A stretch of DNA of 64,000 nucleotides from Actinomycetota bacterium (GTDB lineage: Bacteria > Actinomycetota > Acidimicrobiia > Acidimicrobiales > UBA10347): assembly GCA_039028435.1 (NCBI GenBank), contig JBCCIC010000019.1:6053-70052 (forward strand), given 5' to 3'. This document shows positions 1 to 7,933 of this stretch, piece by piece (within the stretch, counting starts at the first letter, position 1; each line of letters starts with the position of its first letter). The position numbers were made by a program, and so were the translations under genes. A model generated the notes under the pieces. That model saw only the letters and a program-made list of their open reading frames with translations, had not been told where the DNA came from and ran no database searches.

Positions 1-60
1 CAGGAGACGGGACCAGTGTGCCCAATCACCCAATAGGCAGCGGATCAAAAGGAACCAGCT

Positions 61-192
61 ATGGAACAACATGAGTTCGACGTGTCGTCGCCTCAGCCAT
101 GCGAAATCAAGGTTACCATGGGTGATGGCGAGAAGATCACGGCGTTTCGCATCCCCCTTCGCGAGGTGTACGACACGCCACAAGAGTGCTAG
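61..192 (+). CDS. small hypothetical protein (43 aa)
   Basis: ATG with AAAGGAAC Shine-Dalgarno-like motif about 8 nt upstream. ORF ends 24 nt before a strong intrinsic terminator. Read manually because it is below the ORF-track size cut-off. Confidence 0.35.
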   Translation: MEQHEFDVSSPQPCEIKVTMGDGEKITAFRIPLREVYDTPQEC

Positions 193-215
193 CGGGTAGC
201 CACCGCTAGGTCGAA

Positions 216-254
216 CGAGAGCCCGGGCCGCTGGCCCGGGCTCTCGTCGTTTTT
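216..254 (+). terminator. rho-independent terminator
   Basis: 14-bp perfect GC-rich stem (CGAGAGCCCGGGCC / GGCCCGGGCTCTCG) with a short loop, followed by TCGTTTTT. Confidence 0.8.
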
Positions 255-305
255 CGGTCAAATACAACTTGTAATTCAGACTGCAGTTCCCTACTGTTTG
301 CGCTC

Positions 306-992
306 GTGCCAGGATGGGACATAGGGGGAGAGCATCGATTTTCGGCATCCGCGAATCGCATCGCGGTGACCCGAATCGGGGGTCAACTCGAAGAGGGCCG
401 ACTCAGCTGGTCCGCCACAGCGTTCCCGATACTCGTTCGCGGTCGGCGGTACCTCGTAACGCCATCACACGTGCTCAATGGAGCGGAATCCTCAAGCCTC
501 ATGGGAGTCGGCAACTGGGTCGCCCACGACGACCTCGATACAAGCCTCAGCCTCGGCGACTGGGTTCATTCGGCCGACTACGATCTCGCGGCAATTGAGA
601 TCGACCATTCGGATATGCCCAACTGGGTCGGAACCGTGTGGGATTTTGATCGGCGGTACATCTTCCCCTCCGAATCAGGCAAGTACGCGCTCGGGCCGGC
701 GTCGGTGAGCGTCTTGCTGATGCCTCGCCCGCTGCCGGGAACTATGGTTCTGAACGCGCGCAGCGAGTCGGTGCTTGCAGATGGAACCCTCGAGTCCGAA
801 TTTCCTGGTGAGTTTTTCATCCTCGGGCTGGGCGGTGGTTACGGCGCAAGTGGCAGCCCGGTCTTCATCGAAGCAGCTGACGCAACACTCTTTGCCGGCA
901 TGATCACAGGCATGTCGAACATCCCTGGTGTCGGCCAGGCGATCGCCGTCTTGTCGGCCGAAGCCATCTTGAACCACTTCCTCGTGGTCTAG
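306..992 (+). CDS. cytoplasmic trypsin/chymotrypsin-fold serine protease (paralog A)
   Basis: His box YLVTPSHVL, Asp box DYDLAAIEI, Ser box GASGSPVF in canonical H-D-S order. No signal peptide. GTG start. About 45 percent identical by eye to the 6025-6855 product. Confidence 0.7.
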   Translation: MPGWDIGGEHRFSASANRIAVTRIGGQLEEGRLSWSATAFPILVRGRRYLVTPSHVLNGAESSSLMGVGNWVAHDDLDTSLSLGDWVHSADYDLAAIEIDHSDMPNWVGTVWDFDRRYIFPSESGKYALGPASVSVLLMPRPLPGTMVLNARSESVLADGTLESEFPGEFFILGLGGGYGASGSPVFIEAADATLFAGMITGMSNIPGVGQAIAVLSAEAILNHFLVV

Positions 993-1088
993 GGGCCGGA
1001 ACGCATCCACGCATCATCGAAGTCCGCACCGCGCCTGCTGCGCTACGTACCCAGTATGAGTGATTGGATCTCCCTCTAGGTTGCTTGT

Positions 1089-1385
1089 GTGGAAGTCGTG
1101 AACCAAGGTCGAGTTACACCGATGGAACTTGTCACCCTCGCAACGTATGTTCGAGAGTCCAACGGACAACCGCATCGGCGCCAGCGGCGACGGCGAGAGG
1201 GTGCGGCGGAGAAAGAGACCGCGGTGAACCCCCATGAACCAAACCCGGCCGACGACGAGCTGATCGCCACCGTGCTCGTCGAAATCGAAGACAGTATCGA
1301 CGCCCTGCGTCGAGCCCGGAACCTGCTCAGACCACCCACTTATCCACAGGCGGATCCACAGGGCGCAGAACGTGTACCCCAGTGA
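1089..1385 (+). CDS. hypothetical protein (doubtful)
   Basis: ORF-track entry only. The C-terminal half has gene-like codon usage (DDELIATVLVEIEDSIDALRRA). No recognisable motif. Confidence 0.25.
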   Translation: MEVVNQGRVTPMELVTLATYVRESNGQPHRRQRRRREGAAEKETAVNPHEPNPADDELIATVLVEIEDSIDALRRARNLLRPPTYPQADPQGAERVPQ

Positions 1386-2373
1386 GCACGGCGCATCGAA
1401 AGCAATCGACGCCGACTGCGGGACCCAAAGTCTCCATAGGCTTCGCCCACGCAACAAGCTGCGAGTAGCAGCCAGAGCGGTTGGTCGAGACGGGAACACG
1501 ATCGGCTGACCAGCGACACAGGCAAGCACAGGCGCGTGGCCTGGCGGAATCGCGGGACCGATCGCCGCCAGGCCACAGCCGCGAACGGTGGGACCCTCAT
1601 GGGACCGACAGGTGGCAGAGTGGTCCTACGCCTCATAGCCCTGGGGCTGGTTGGGCAACGACAAACTCGTTGTCAAGGTTGATGCGCCCGGCGGTCTAGC
1701 TGACTCCTTCCCGAACTCAGCTACCGCCGGGCGAATCAACACACAGGCTGCGTCAGCCGGTTGGTGTGGTCCTTGCTTCCCGTGATGTGCGGCGGCAAAC
1801 CCCAGCAGTGACCCCGGTTGACGCAACCTGTGGTTGACGGCGACGGATCGTCGCCTCAACCACAGTAGCTGCTGAAACACGCGTCTCAACCGCGACGCGA
1901 GCATCTCGAACAAGATGTGACACTCCCGAATACCAGACGCCCGGCGCCAAGTATCGACGCCTTGGAGCACCGAACCCGCAACCGCTAGTTTTGAGGTCCC
2001 GGTCGGCACCCTCGCCAAGGGGGCATCCAGGCATTGCCCTCGGAGTTGGAGCCGTCCGATCACGCCAGCGCAGACGGCGTGCCTACCTCCCTCCTGGGCG
2101 GATCCAGTGGTGGTCGCAACCCACCTCCCGTTGCGGCCACCACCCCCGCTGGCTGGCGTCGATCAGCCCTGGGCCGGTACGGTCGCGGCCACCGCGAAGG
2201 CGTCGGCGCGAGAGCCCGACCAGGGGCACCCCAAGTGCGGCGATCCTGAGCGGCTACGTCAACCTGGCGCGGCTCCCGCACCAGCTCCAGCGCGACTCCC
2301 AGTGTCAGTCGCAGCCCGAGCCGGGGTTGCGGCTGACACTGGCGACGATGCCCCAGCCTCGAGGGCTCGTCGG

Positions 2374-3003
2374 CTACCTTGCGCTGCCGGTGATACCGAT
2401 CTGGCTGAGCAGGCCATCAGGCGCCATCGCCGATGTTGTCACGCTCTCGTCGCCAAGCCATCGTTGCCCGTCCTCCAGGAGCTCGATCAGGACGTCGATG
2501 ATCGGGACGCCGGCTCGAAGTTCTTGCGCTTGCCGGACTGCGGTGATCGTTCCTTGCCAGTCGGCGCCGAGTGTCTCTTCTCCGTTGTTGACGAAGACGA
2601 GTGGTGCGAAGCCGTCTGAACCCGGTTCGATCTGGGTGACCGAATGGATACCGACGAGGAGTACATCTCCTGGTTGGACGTTGTCGTCGCTGAGGAAGTC
2701 CAGCCGGATTTCTGCCGGCCCGGACATCAGTTGCGCGCTGGTGTAGCCGCCGAGCGTCGATTGCGCGTCGGCGAGCCACTCGACACTCTGAACGGTCACG
2801 GCCGTGGTGTCGATCCCGCCGATACCGGACCGCCCGACCTCCTCGACACGCACCTCGACCAGTGCTGTTGTCGCGGCGAGCTGCAGCTGCTCCGCCCAGA
2901 TCACATCGATGCCGCCGCCAGAAACCGACTGCGTCGTGTCACCGCAGCTCAACGCCAGCATCAGCGAAGCTACGAGGCACGAGACAGCAAGTCGAGCTCT
3001 CAT
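2374..3003 (-). CDS. lipoprotein, unknown function
   Basis: Internal ATG at 3003 gives MRARLAVSCLVASLMLALSCGD, a signal peptide plus lipobox (LSC). Its start overlaps the stop of the upstream membrane gene. Confidence 0.65.
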   Translation of the reverse strand: MRARLAVSCLVASLMLALSCGDTTQSVSGGGIDVIWAEQLQLAATTALVEVRVEEVGRSGIGGIDTTAVTVQSVEWLADAQSTLGGYTSAQLMSGPAEIRLDFLSDDNVQPGDVLLVGIHSVTQIEPGSDGFAPLVFVNNGEETLGADWQGTITAVRQAQELRAGVPIIDVLIELLEDGQRWLGDESVTTSAMAPDGLLSQIGITGSAR

Positions 3004-3410
3004 GGTCGGATCGATGCAACCAGAAGCGCAAGGCCCGATAGGCCGAGCAACCACAAACCCCACGCAACGGTCGTCCCAGCCGCGACTCCGTTCGCTGCGT
3101 GATACCCCGCTACCCCAGCAAGGGTCACGCCGGCCAATCCACCACATACGCGGTCAATCCGGGCACCGATGGCTCCGGAACGGCGCAAGAGATTGGACAC
3201 CAGATAGGCGAACGCAACAATGACGACCGTTCGATCGGCGCCGGATTCCGAGCTCGAGACCAACTCACCCGCACGCCAGGGGCCGAGCGACCCAACTGCC
3301 GCGGCGGCCGCCAGCACGGCCCTCGCCGCCAGCCGCTCCGCTCCACCTGATGCGCCACAGGCGCAAGTTTCCTGGGCCACGGCTCCTGCGGATGGCGGCG
3401 CTCTTCCCAT
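3000..3410 (-). CDS. integral membrane protein (about 4 TM)
   Basis: Ala/Gly/Leu-rich hydrophobic segments. 4-nt overlap with the downstream lipoprotein gene. Divergent from the OLD-like gene. Confidence 0.5.
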   Translation of the reverse strand: MGRAPPSAGAVAQETCACGASGGAERLAARAVLAAAAAVGSLGPWRAGELVSSSESGADRTVVIVAFAYLVSNLLRRSGAIGARIDRVCGGLAGVTLAGVAGYHAANGVAAGTTVAWGLWLLGLSGLALLVASIRP

Positions 3411-3517
3411 CGTTCAGATGATCCCACGGCGGCGATCGAGCCCACTCGACGAGGGGGATACACCCGGGCAGATCGGGATTACCGGCTGTTCAGTAGTCCG
3501 CCCCGTGGGCGGTTCGC

Positions 3518-5368
3518 ATGCACGACACACAGTCCCCATGCGAACATTGTGAGATGGCGGCAACCCCCGACCGGGAGTCGAGTCCAACCGAGAACACACC
3601 GGAGTCGCTCCTTGAAGGATTTCGGGTCGCCGGGTTCCGAAGCATCTACGACACAGTCTCGCTCCACAAGCTGGATCGAATCAACCTGATAATTGGGCCG
3701 AACAACTCGGGCAAGTCCAACATCCTTCGTTTTGTCGAGCGTGTGCTGGCACGACACTCTCCGGGCGGATTCGAGTACAAAGGTCTGCCCGAGGATCGCC
3801 CGCTTGACGCAGTAGGCCTATTGTCCTTTGGACTACTGCTTCCGGGCGACTTCTGGTCGGGACCAAAGCCTCTCGACGATCACCAGAAGCGGGAAGCCGG
3901 GAAATGGACAGATGAAGTCGGCCTGACGGCCGATAACGGAGCTTTGATATGGATCGACTGGGAGTTGCAGGACACGCAGCGCATAACAGAGACCCTGCGG
4001 CCAAGTCGCAACCTGCCAGACAACCTGTGGGACGAGCTTCAAGTGGTGGGGAACGCCTACTACCAACGGTCTCTCCTCGAGACCTTCTTTGATGGCAGGC
4101 CTTCGGACTGGACGCTTCCTCCGATCGTTTCAATTCCTGCATCGCGGTGGATAGGGCCCGCCTCCGCTGACGAGGATCAGGACTGGGCGGGCGCGGGCCT
4201 ATTCGGGCGGCTCGCCGCACTACAGAATCCAGCTGCCCCCGAGACCGAGGAATACAAGCAGGCTCGGCAGGATTGGAGCAACTACCGCGACTTCGTCGCC
4301 AGCGTCCTTGAGGACGATCATCTAACGATCGAGGTTCCTCGCGCAGAGGACACGATCCACATCACTATGGACGGCCGCACCATGCGCGTTGAGGCTCTCG
4401 GCAGTGGCATCCATCAGTTGCTGATGATCGCAGCGGCATGTGTGCTGACCCGCGACTCTTTAATTCTGGTCGAGGAGCCCGAAGTCCACCTCCATCCGCT
4501 GCTACTCAGAAGGCTCGGAGCGTTCCTTCTTCAATCGACGACCAACCAGTACATCATCGCCACTCACTCTCCACATTTGATCGACATGCCCCACACGCGG
4601 GTCTTCAGGACGAGGCTTGAGAACGGAAGAACCGTAGTGGAATCGGTGGAACGCTCCGATGCGGTCCTTTCGGTTCTTGCAGACCTGGGCTATCGAGCCT
4701 CAGACGTGCTCCAGGCAAACTGCGTCGTCTGGGTTGAGGGCCCGAGTGACCGCGTCTACGTCAAACACTGGTTGGAGCGGGTCGATCCCGAGCTCCTGAT
4801 CGATGTGCACTACTCAATCATGTTCTATGGAGGCACGAACATCCGGAGCACGAGCGGGGCAGCCGATGAGGTCGAAGTACCGGCTGATCTCGTCAGGCTT
4901 AGGAAGGTCAATCAGTACTCGGTGCTCATTGCCGACTCTGATAAGCGCAACGAGACGGACAAGCTGAAACCCGACCTCGCCGCAGTTGTCAAGTCGTTCG
5001 AGGACGGCGGCATGTGCTGGATCACCGAAGGCCGAGAGGTCGAGAACTACGTCGACCCTGACGACATGCTCGCCGCAATCAAGTCCAAAAGCCCCAAGGC
5101 GAAGTGCCTCCAAGGCGATGGCGATCCCTTCGAGCGGAGATACTCGTATGTTGGCGGGCATGGCGCTGCCATCGTCGATCCTCCAGAGGGCAAACCGGCG
5201 CTGGCGCGCTCGGTCGTAGCGATAGAACCGAAGCTGGATGTGCTGGATCTCGAGGAGCGCCTCGTCGAGCTCTCGACATTCATCAGACGAGCGAACGGGC
5301 TGGCGCGACTGCAGATTGCGGCCGACGCGCCGTACCACTCTGACCGGCACTATCGCAGCGAGCGTTAG
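3518..5368 (+). CDS. OLD-family nuclease (ABC-type ATPase fused to TOPRIM), class-1-like stand-alone
   Basis: Walker A GPNNSGKSN, Walker B LILVEEPEVHLHP, ATHSPHLI motif. C-terminal TOPRIM Glu (VVWVEGPSDRVYV) and DxD (LIADSDKRN). No adjacent helicase. The start could instead be the in-frame ATG at 3554. Confidence 0.8.
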   Translation: MHDTQSPCEHCEMAATPDRESSPTENTPESLLEGFRVAGFRSIYDTVSLHKLDRINLIIGPNNSGKSNILRFVERVLARHSPGGFEYKGLPEDRPLDAVGLLSFGLLLPGDFWSGPKPLDDHQKREAGKWTDEVGLTADNGALIWIDWELQDTQRITETLRPSRNLPDNLWDELQVVGNAYYQRSLLETFFDGRPSDWTLPPIVSIPASRWIGPASADEDQDWAGAGLFGRLAALQNPAAPETEEYKQARQDWSNYRDFVASVLEDDHLTIEVPRAEDTIHITMDGRTMRVEALGSGIHQLLMIAAACVLTRDSLILVEEPEVHLHPLLLRRLGAFLLQSTTNQYIIATHSPHLIDMPHTRVFRTRLENGRTVVESVERSDAVLSVLADLGYRASDVLQANCVVWVEGPSDRVYVKHWLERVDPELLIDVHYSIMFYGGTNIRSTSGAADEVEVPADLVRLRKVNQYSVLIADSDKRNETDKLKPDLAAVVKSFEDGGMCWITEGREVENYVDPDDMLAAIKSKSPKAKCLQGDGDPFERRYSYVGGHGAAIVDPPEGKPALARSVVAIEPKLDVLDLEERLVELSTFIRRANGLARLQIAADAPYHSDRHYRSER

Positions 5369-5600
5369 GAGCTTGTCCAGATCGTGTGTTCTTCCACACG
5401 ACCGCTGCGCAGAAGCTGGTGAATTTTCGACAAGACTGCTGCTCGACCTAGTCGCGGATCCGGCAGGCTATGCGAGCCGTCCTGCGTGAACTACGGGACC
5501 GGCGTTGTGTGGTGGGAGCGGGCGCGTCGGTCACGCCTGGCACTCGGGCGCCCATGCTGAGGCGGGCCGGCACCGCATCTGCCCCGAATCGTGCCCTAGG

Positions 5601-5618
5601 CTTTTGCAATCGCAAAAG
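5601..5618. promoter_or_regulatory. operator-like palindrome upstream of the dehydrogenase fragment
   Basis: CTTTTGC-AATC-GCAAAAG perfect 7-bp inverted repeat directly before the AAAGGAGAGGG ribosome-binding site and GTG at 5630. Confidence 0.3.
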
Positions 5619-5629
5619 GAGAGGGAAAC

Positions 5630-5695
5630 GTGGAGATCACCAAGGTCGCCGTCATCGGCGGCGGATCGATGGGGTAGGGCATCGCCGAGGTCGAA
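5630..5695 (+). pseudogene. 5-prime remnant of a 3-hydroxyacyl-CoA dehydrogenase gene (in-frame stop, then truncation)
   Basis: Translates VEITKVAVIGGGSMG*GIAEV, the Rossmann GxGxxG N-terminus typical of 3HCDH_N. TAG at 5675-5677. Similarity is lost after about 5695. Confidence 0.6.
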
Positions 5696-5713
5696 GACCG
5701 CACAAAAGAAAAT

Positions 5714-5746
5714 GCCCTCCCGCAGAGGTCAAGTCTGCAGGAGGGC
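5714..5746 (-). terminator. rho-independent terminator of the minus-strand lysogeny operon
   Basis: 13-bp stem with 1 mismatch (GCCCTCCCGCAGA / TCTGCAGGAGGGC). On the minus strand it is followed by ATTTTCTTTTGTG. Confidence 0.6.
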
Positions 5747-5777
5747 GCAAGTAGATCCTCGAAGGGAAACTAACTCA

Positions 5778-5948
5778 ATGGTCATGGTACCAATCATCAG
5801 CGTCGTCATTGCTGCGCTCGGTCTGTTGATCGAGGTGGTCCGCCTCTACAGAGAGACCCGAGACCCCGACGAACAGCCTGAAGACCGGGTAGACGGCTCA
5901 GGAGGAGAACCGGAAGGCGAAGAACCCCCGAATCCTCCCCAGGTCTAG
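5778..5948 (+). CDS. small membrane protein (56 aa), doubtful
   Basis: ATG after GAAGGGAAAC. One TM segment (MVPIISVVIAALGLLIEVV) followed by an acidic tail. Confidence 0.35.
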   Translation: MVMVPIISVVIAALGLLIEVVRLYRETRDPDEQPEDRVDGSGGEPEGEEPPNPPQV

Positions 5949-6024
5949 ACCACACGCTGCTCCCGTGCGACCAAACGTTGCCGCGTCATCCGTCAAGGAC
6001 CTGCACGCGAGCCGCGCCGGGCCC

Positions 6025-6855
6025 TCAATGCCTAGACAATCGCTCTATGTGGTCGACGATCGCAGTAGCGGACACTGCCGTGACCGCTAGACCGCCTCCG
6101 ACGCGGGCGTAGCCGGTGGCCATGCCCGCAAAGGTTGTTGAGTGTCCAAGCTCGATGAACAGCGCGCTGCCTCTGACGTCCTCCTCAAGCACCAGCGAAT
6201 CCGCAGCGACTAGGAACGCTTGGCCGTGCTTGCCTCCAACGAACGCGGCTTCAGCGGTTCCGGCGACCCGAACGACAGTGCCAGGAAGAGGCGCAGGCAT
6301 GCGGACGATGAGCAGCCTTCCTACCTGGGGAAACTGCGACTTACTCACCGAAGGAACCACGTAGCTCTGCAGATCGATGTCCCAGGTTGTCCCGGCCCAG
6401 TTGGCGATCGCTGACCGGTCGATCTCGATGGCGGTCAGATCAAAGGCAGCGGAAGCATGCCATCTATTGAGACTCAGAGGCGCATCAAGATCTTCGTATA
6501 CCTCACCATTGCCGATACCCATCAAGCGGGCCGAGGCAGCGGCGGAGAGCAAATGTGCCGGGGCGACAAGGTAGGCGCGACCGCGATTCAGAACGGGTAG
6601 CGCAGTTGCGGACCAGGTCCGGTCGGATTCCTCGACTCGACCCCCGATACGCACGAGCGCAACGCGATCGGCGGGAAGCGATGGCTCTGGAAGACCGACG
6701 AGATCCCAGCCGCCACTCGGTCCTTGAAGCCGCGGCCCCGGTTCAAACGGATCGGGATAGGTCGGTCCTGGCTCTCCCTCCTCGTCGTCACCGTTGCCAT
6801 CCTCGTCGCTTCCGTTCTCATCCTCATCGCCATCCGGCGGGTCCTGCGGCTCCAC
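6025..6855 (-). CDS. trypsin-fold paralog B, probable pseudo-protease with acidic N-terminal extension
   Basis: Retains the His (LVAPAHLL) and Asp (AFDLTAIEI) boxes. The position aligned to GASGSPVF of paralog A reads VRGSALF, so the nucleophile Ser is replaced by Arg. 45-aa D/E/G-rich N-terminus, no signal peptide, GTG start. Confidence 0.65.
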   Translation of the reverse strand: MEPQDPPDGDEDENGSDEDGNGDDEEGEPGPTYPDPFEPGPRLQGPSGGWDLVGLPEPSLPADRVALVRIGGRVEESDRTWSATALPVLNRGRAYLVAPAHLLSAAASARLMGIGNGEVYEDLDAPLSLNRWHASAAFDLTAIEIDRSAIANWAGTTWDIDLQSYVVPSVSKSQFPQVGRLLIVRMPAPLPGTVVRVAGTAEAAFVGGKHGQAFLVAADSLVLEEDVRGSALFIELGHSTTFAGMATGYARVGGGLAVTAVSATAIVDHIERLSRH

Positions 6856-6857
6856 GG

Positions 6858-7376
6858 CTACGCGAGGCGCCAGAGCATGAGCACGAGCCAGGCGATGAGC
6901 GCAAGCGACGCGAGTGTCGCCGACCAGAACTGAGCGCGGGCTGCGACAAGTACGCTTTCGTTGTTGACGCGAGCCTTGTCGTAGTGGCCTGCCAGCGCCT
7001 TTACTGCCTCAACTGTGCCGTGATCGACATAGACGTTCATCGTTTCTGTCCGGACCTTCGTCGACCATGCTGGTACCACGCGCCACATCCGCACATGGAG
7101 CGTGAACATCCCGATGGCAAGCGCTGTAGCCACTATGGCGAAGAACCAGAACTCTGTACTGCGCGACGACGGTCCGACAGATCGGAGAATGGTGCCAAGA
7201 AGGAACGTTGCCAGAGCGCCAATCAGGCCGACCTGGCTATAGCTTCGGCTTCGGATGCGCTCTAGCTCGGCCCCCTGCTCGGCTAGCGTGCGAACAGCTT
7301 CGCTAACCACGAGCTTGGCGAGTTCGAACTGTCGAGCCTCGAGAACCTCACTGGTCAACGGTTCGCGATCGCTCAT
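6858..7376 (-). CDS. 3-TM membrane protein with N-terminal cytoplasmic helix
   Basis: TM segments VGLIGALATFLLGTIL, FWFFAIVATALAIGMFTL and FWSATLASLALIAWLVLMLW. Its stop lies 2 nt before the GTG of paralog B. Confidence 0.6.
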   Translation of the reverse strand: MSDREPLTSEVLEARQFELAKLVVSEAVRTLAEQGAELERIRSRSYSQVGLIGALATFLLGTILRSVGPSSRSTEFWFFAIVATALAIGMFTLHVRMWRVVPAWSTKVRTETMNVYVDHGTVEAVKALAGHYDKARVNNESVLVAARAQFWSATLASLALIAWLVLMLWRLA

Positions 7377-7558
7377 GGGATAAGCCTAGCGATCGATCTC
7401 GTCGAGGCTTGGTCGACCATCGGCTCCCATGGGGATGAAGTGTCCCACACCTTGAACGAACCACTCAAACCTGGCGCAGCGTCGGCCCCGGGTTGGGTCA
7501 CCGCGATCAGAAGAGCAGCGAGTCCACGAGCGACGAGTACGACGGCTGTCACTGCCAA
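7373..7558 (-). CDS. possible small TM/signal-peptide protein (61 aa)
   Basis: Hydrophobic N-terminus AVTAVVLVARGLAALLIAV. Its TGA overlaps the ATG of the next gene (ATGA). TTG start and mediocre third-position GC. Confidence 0.3.
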   Translation of the reverse strand: MAVTAVVLVARGLAALLIAVTQPGADAAPGLSGSFKVWDTSSPWEPMVDQASTRSIARLIP

Positions 7559-7914
7559 GGGATCTCGTTCGCCTCGATGAAATCGTAGAGCGCCGATTCA
7601 TCGGAGAGCATCGCGAGAATCAGGGCCTCGAAGTCGCGCATCCGCTCAAGGTTCTCCGCGGAGTAGGGCGTGACGCCGACGTACGAGCCAGCTTCGGGGT
7701 CTGGTTGCACGAGAGCTCCCAGACTCGGATCTTGCGCTTCGGCGTACGCGTGGATGAGGGCGGCCCAGTTGTAGCCGTTCATGTATGCGTGAGGCCATCG
7801 GGTGTTGATGCGTTCGCCTAGAGCGAGGACCTCGGTGTTGCCAACCTGCAGGACGACGGTGACTGCGTCGTACTCGGGCTGTTCGATGAGGCTCACCGCG
7901 TCGATGATTGGCAT
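7549..7914 (-). CDS. hypothetical cytoplasmic protein (121 aa)
   Basis: ATG at 7914 gives MPIIDAVSLIEQPEYDAV. The longer 332-aa ORF upstream is Pro/Arg-rich overlap with the Ltp gene and was rejected. Confidence 0.6.
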   Translation of the reverse strand: MPIIDAVSLIEQPEYDAVTVVLQVGNTEVLALGERINTRWPHAYMNGYNWAALIHAYAEAQDPSLGALVQPDPEAGSYVGVTPYSAENLERMRDFEALILAMLSDESALYDFIEANEIPWQ

Positions 7915-7933
7915 GTGCCTATTGTCCCCGGTT

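Noticed and set aside
1626-2063. 145-aa minus-strand ORF as a real gene
   Set aside because: It has a GTG start with no ribosome-binding site, only moderate third-position GC, and an Arg/Leu-rich translation without motifs. It spans several of the long hairpins. It remains possible but is unsupported.
993-2373. An integrase, transposase or reverse transcriptase pseudogene in the gap left of the lipoprotein operon
   Set aside because: None of the six-frame translations shows tyrosine-recombinase (R..HxxR..Y), serine-recombinase, DDE or YxDD motifs. The region is reported instead as hairpin-rich DNA of unknown function.
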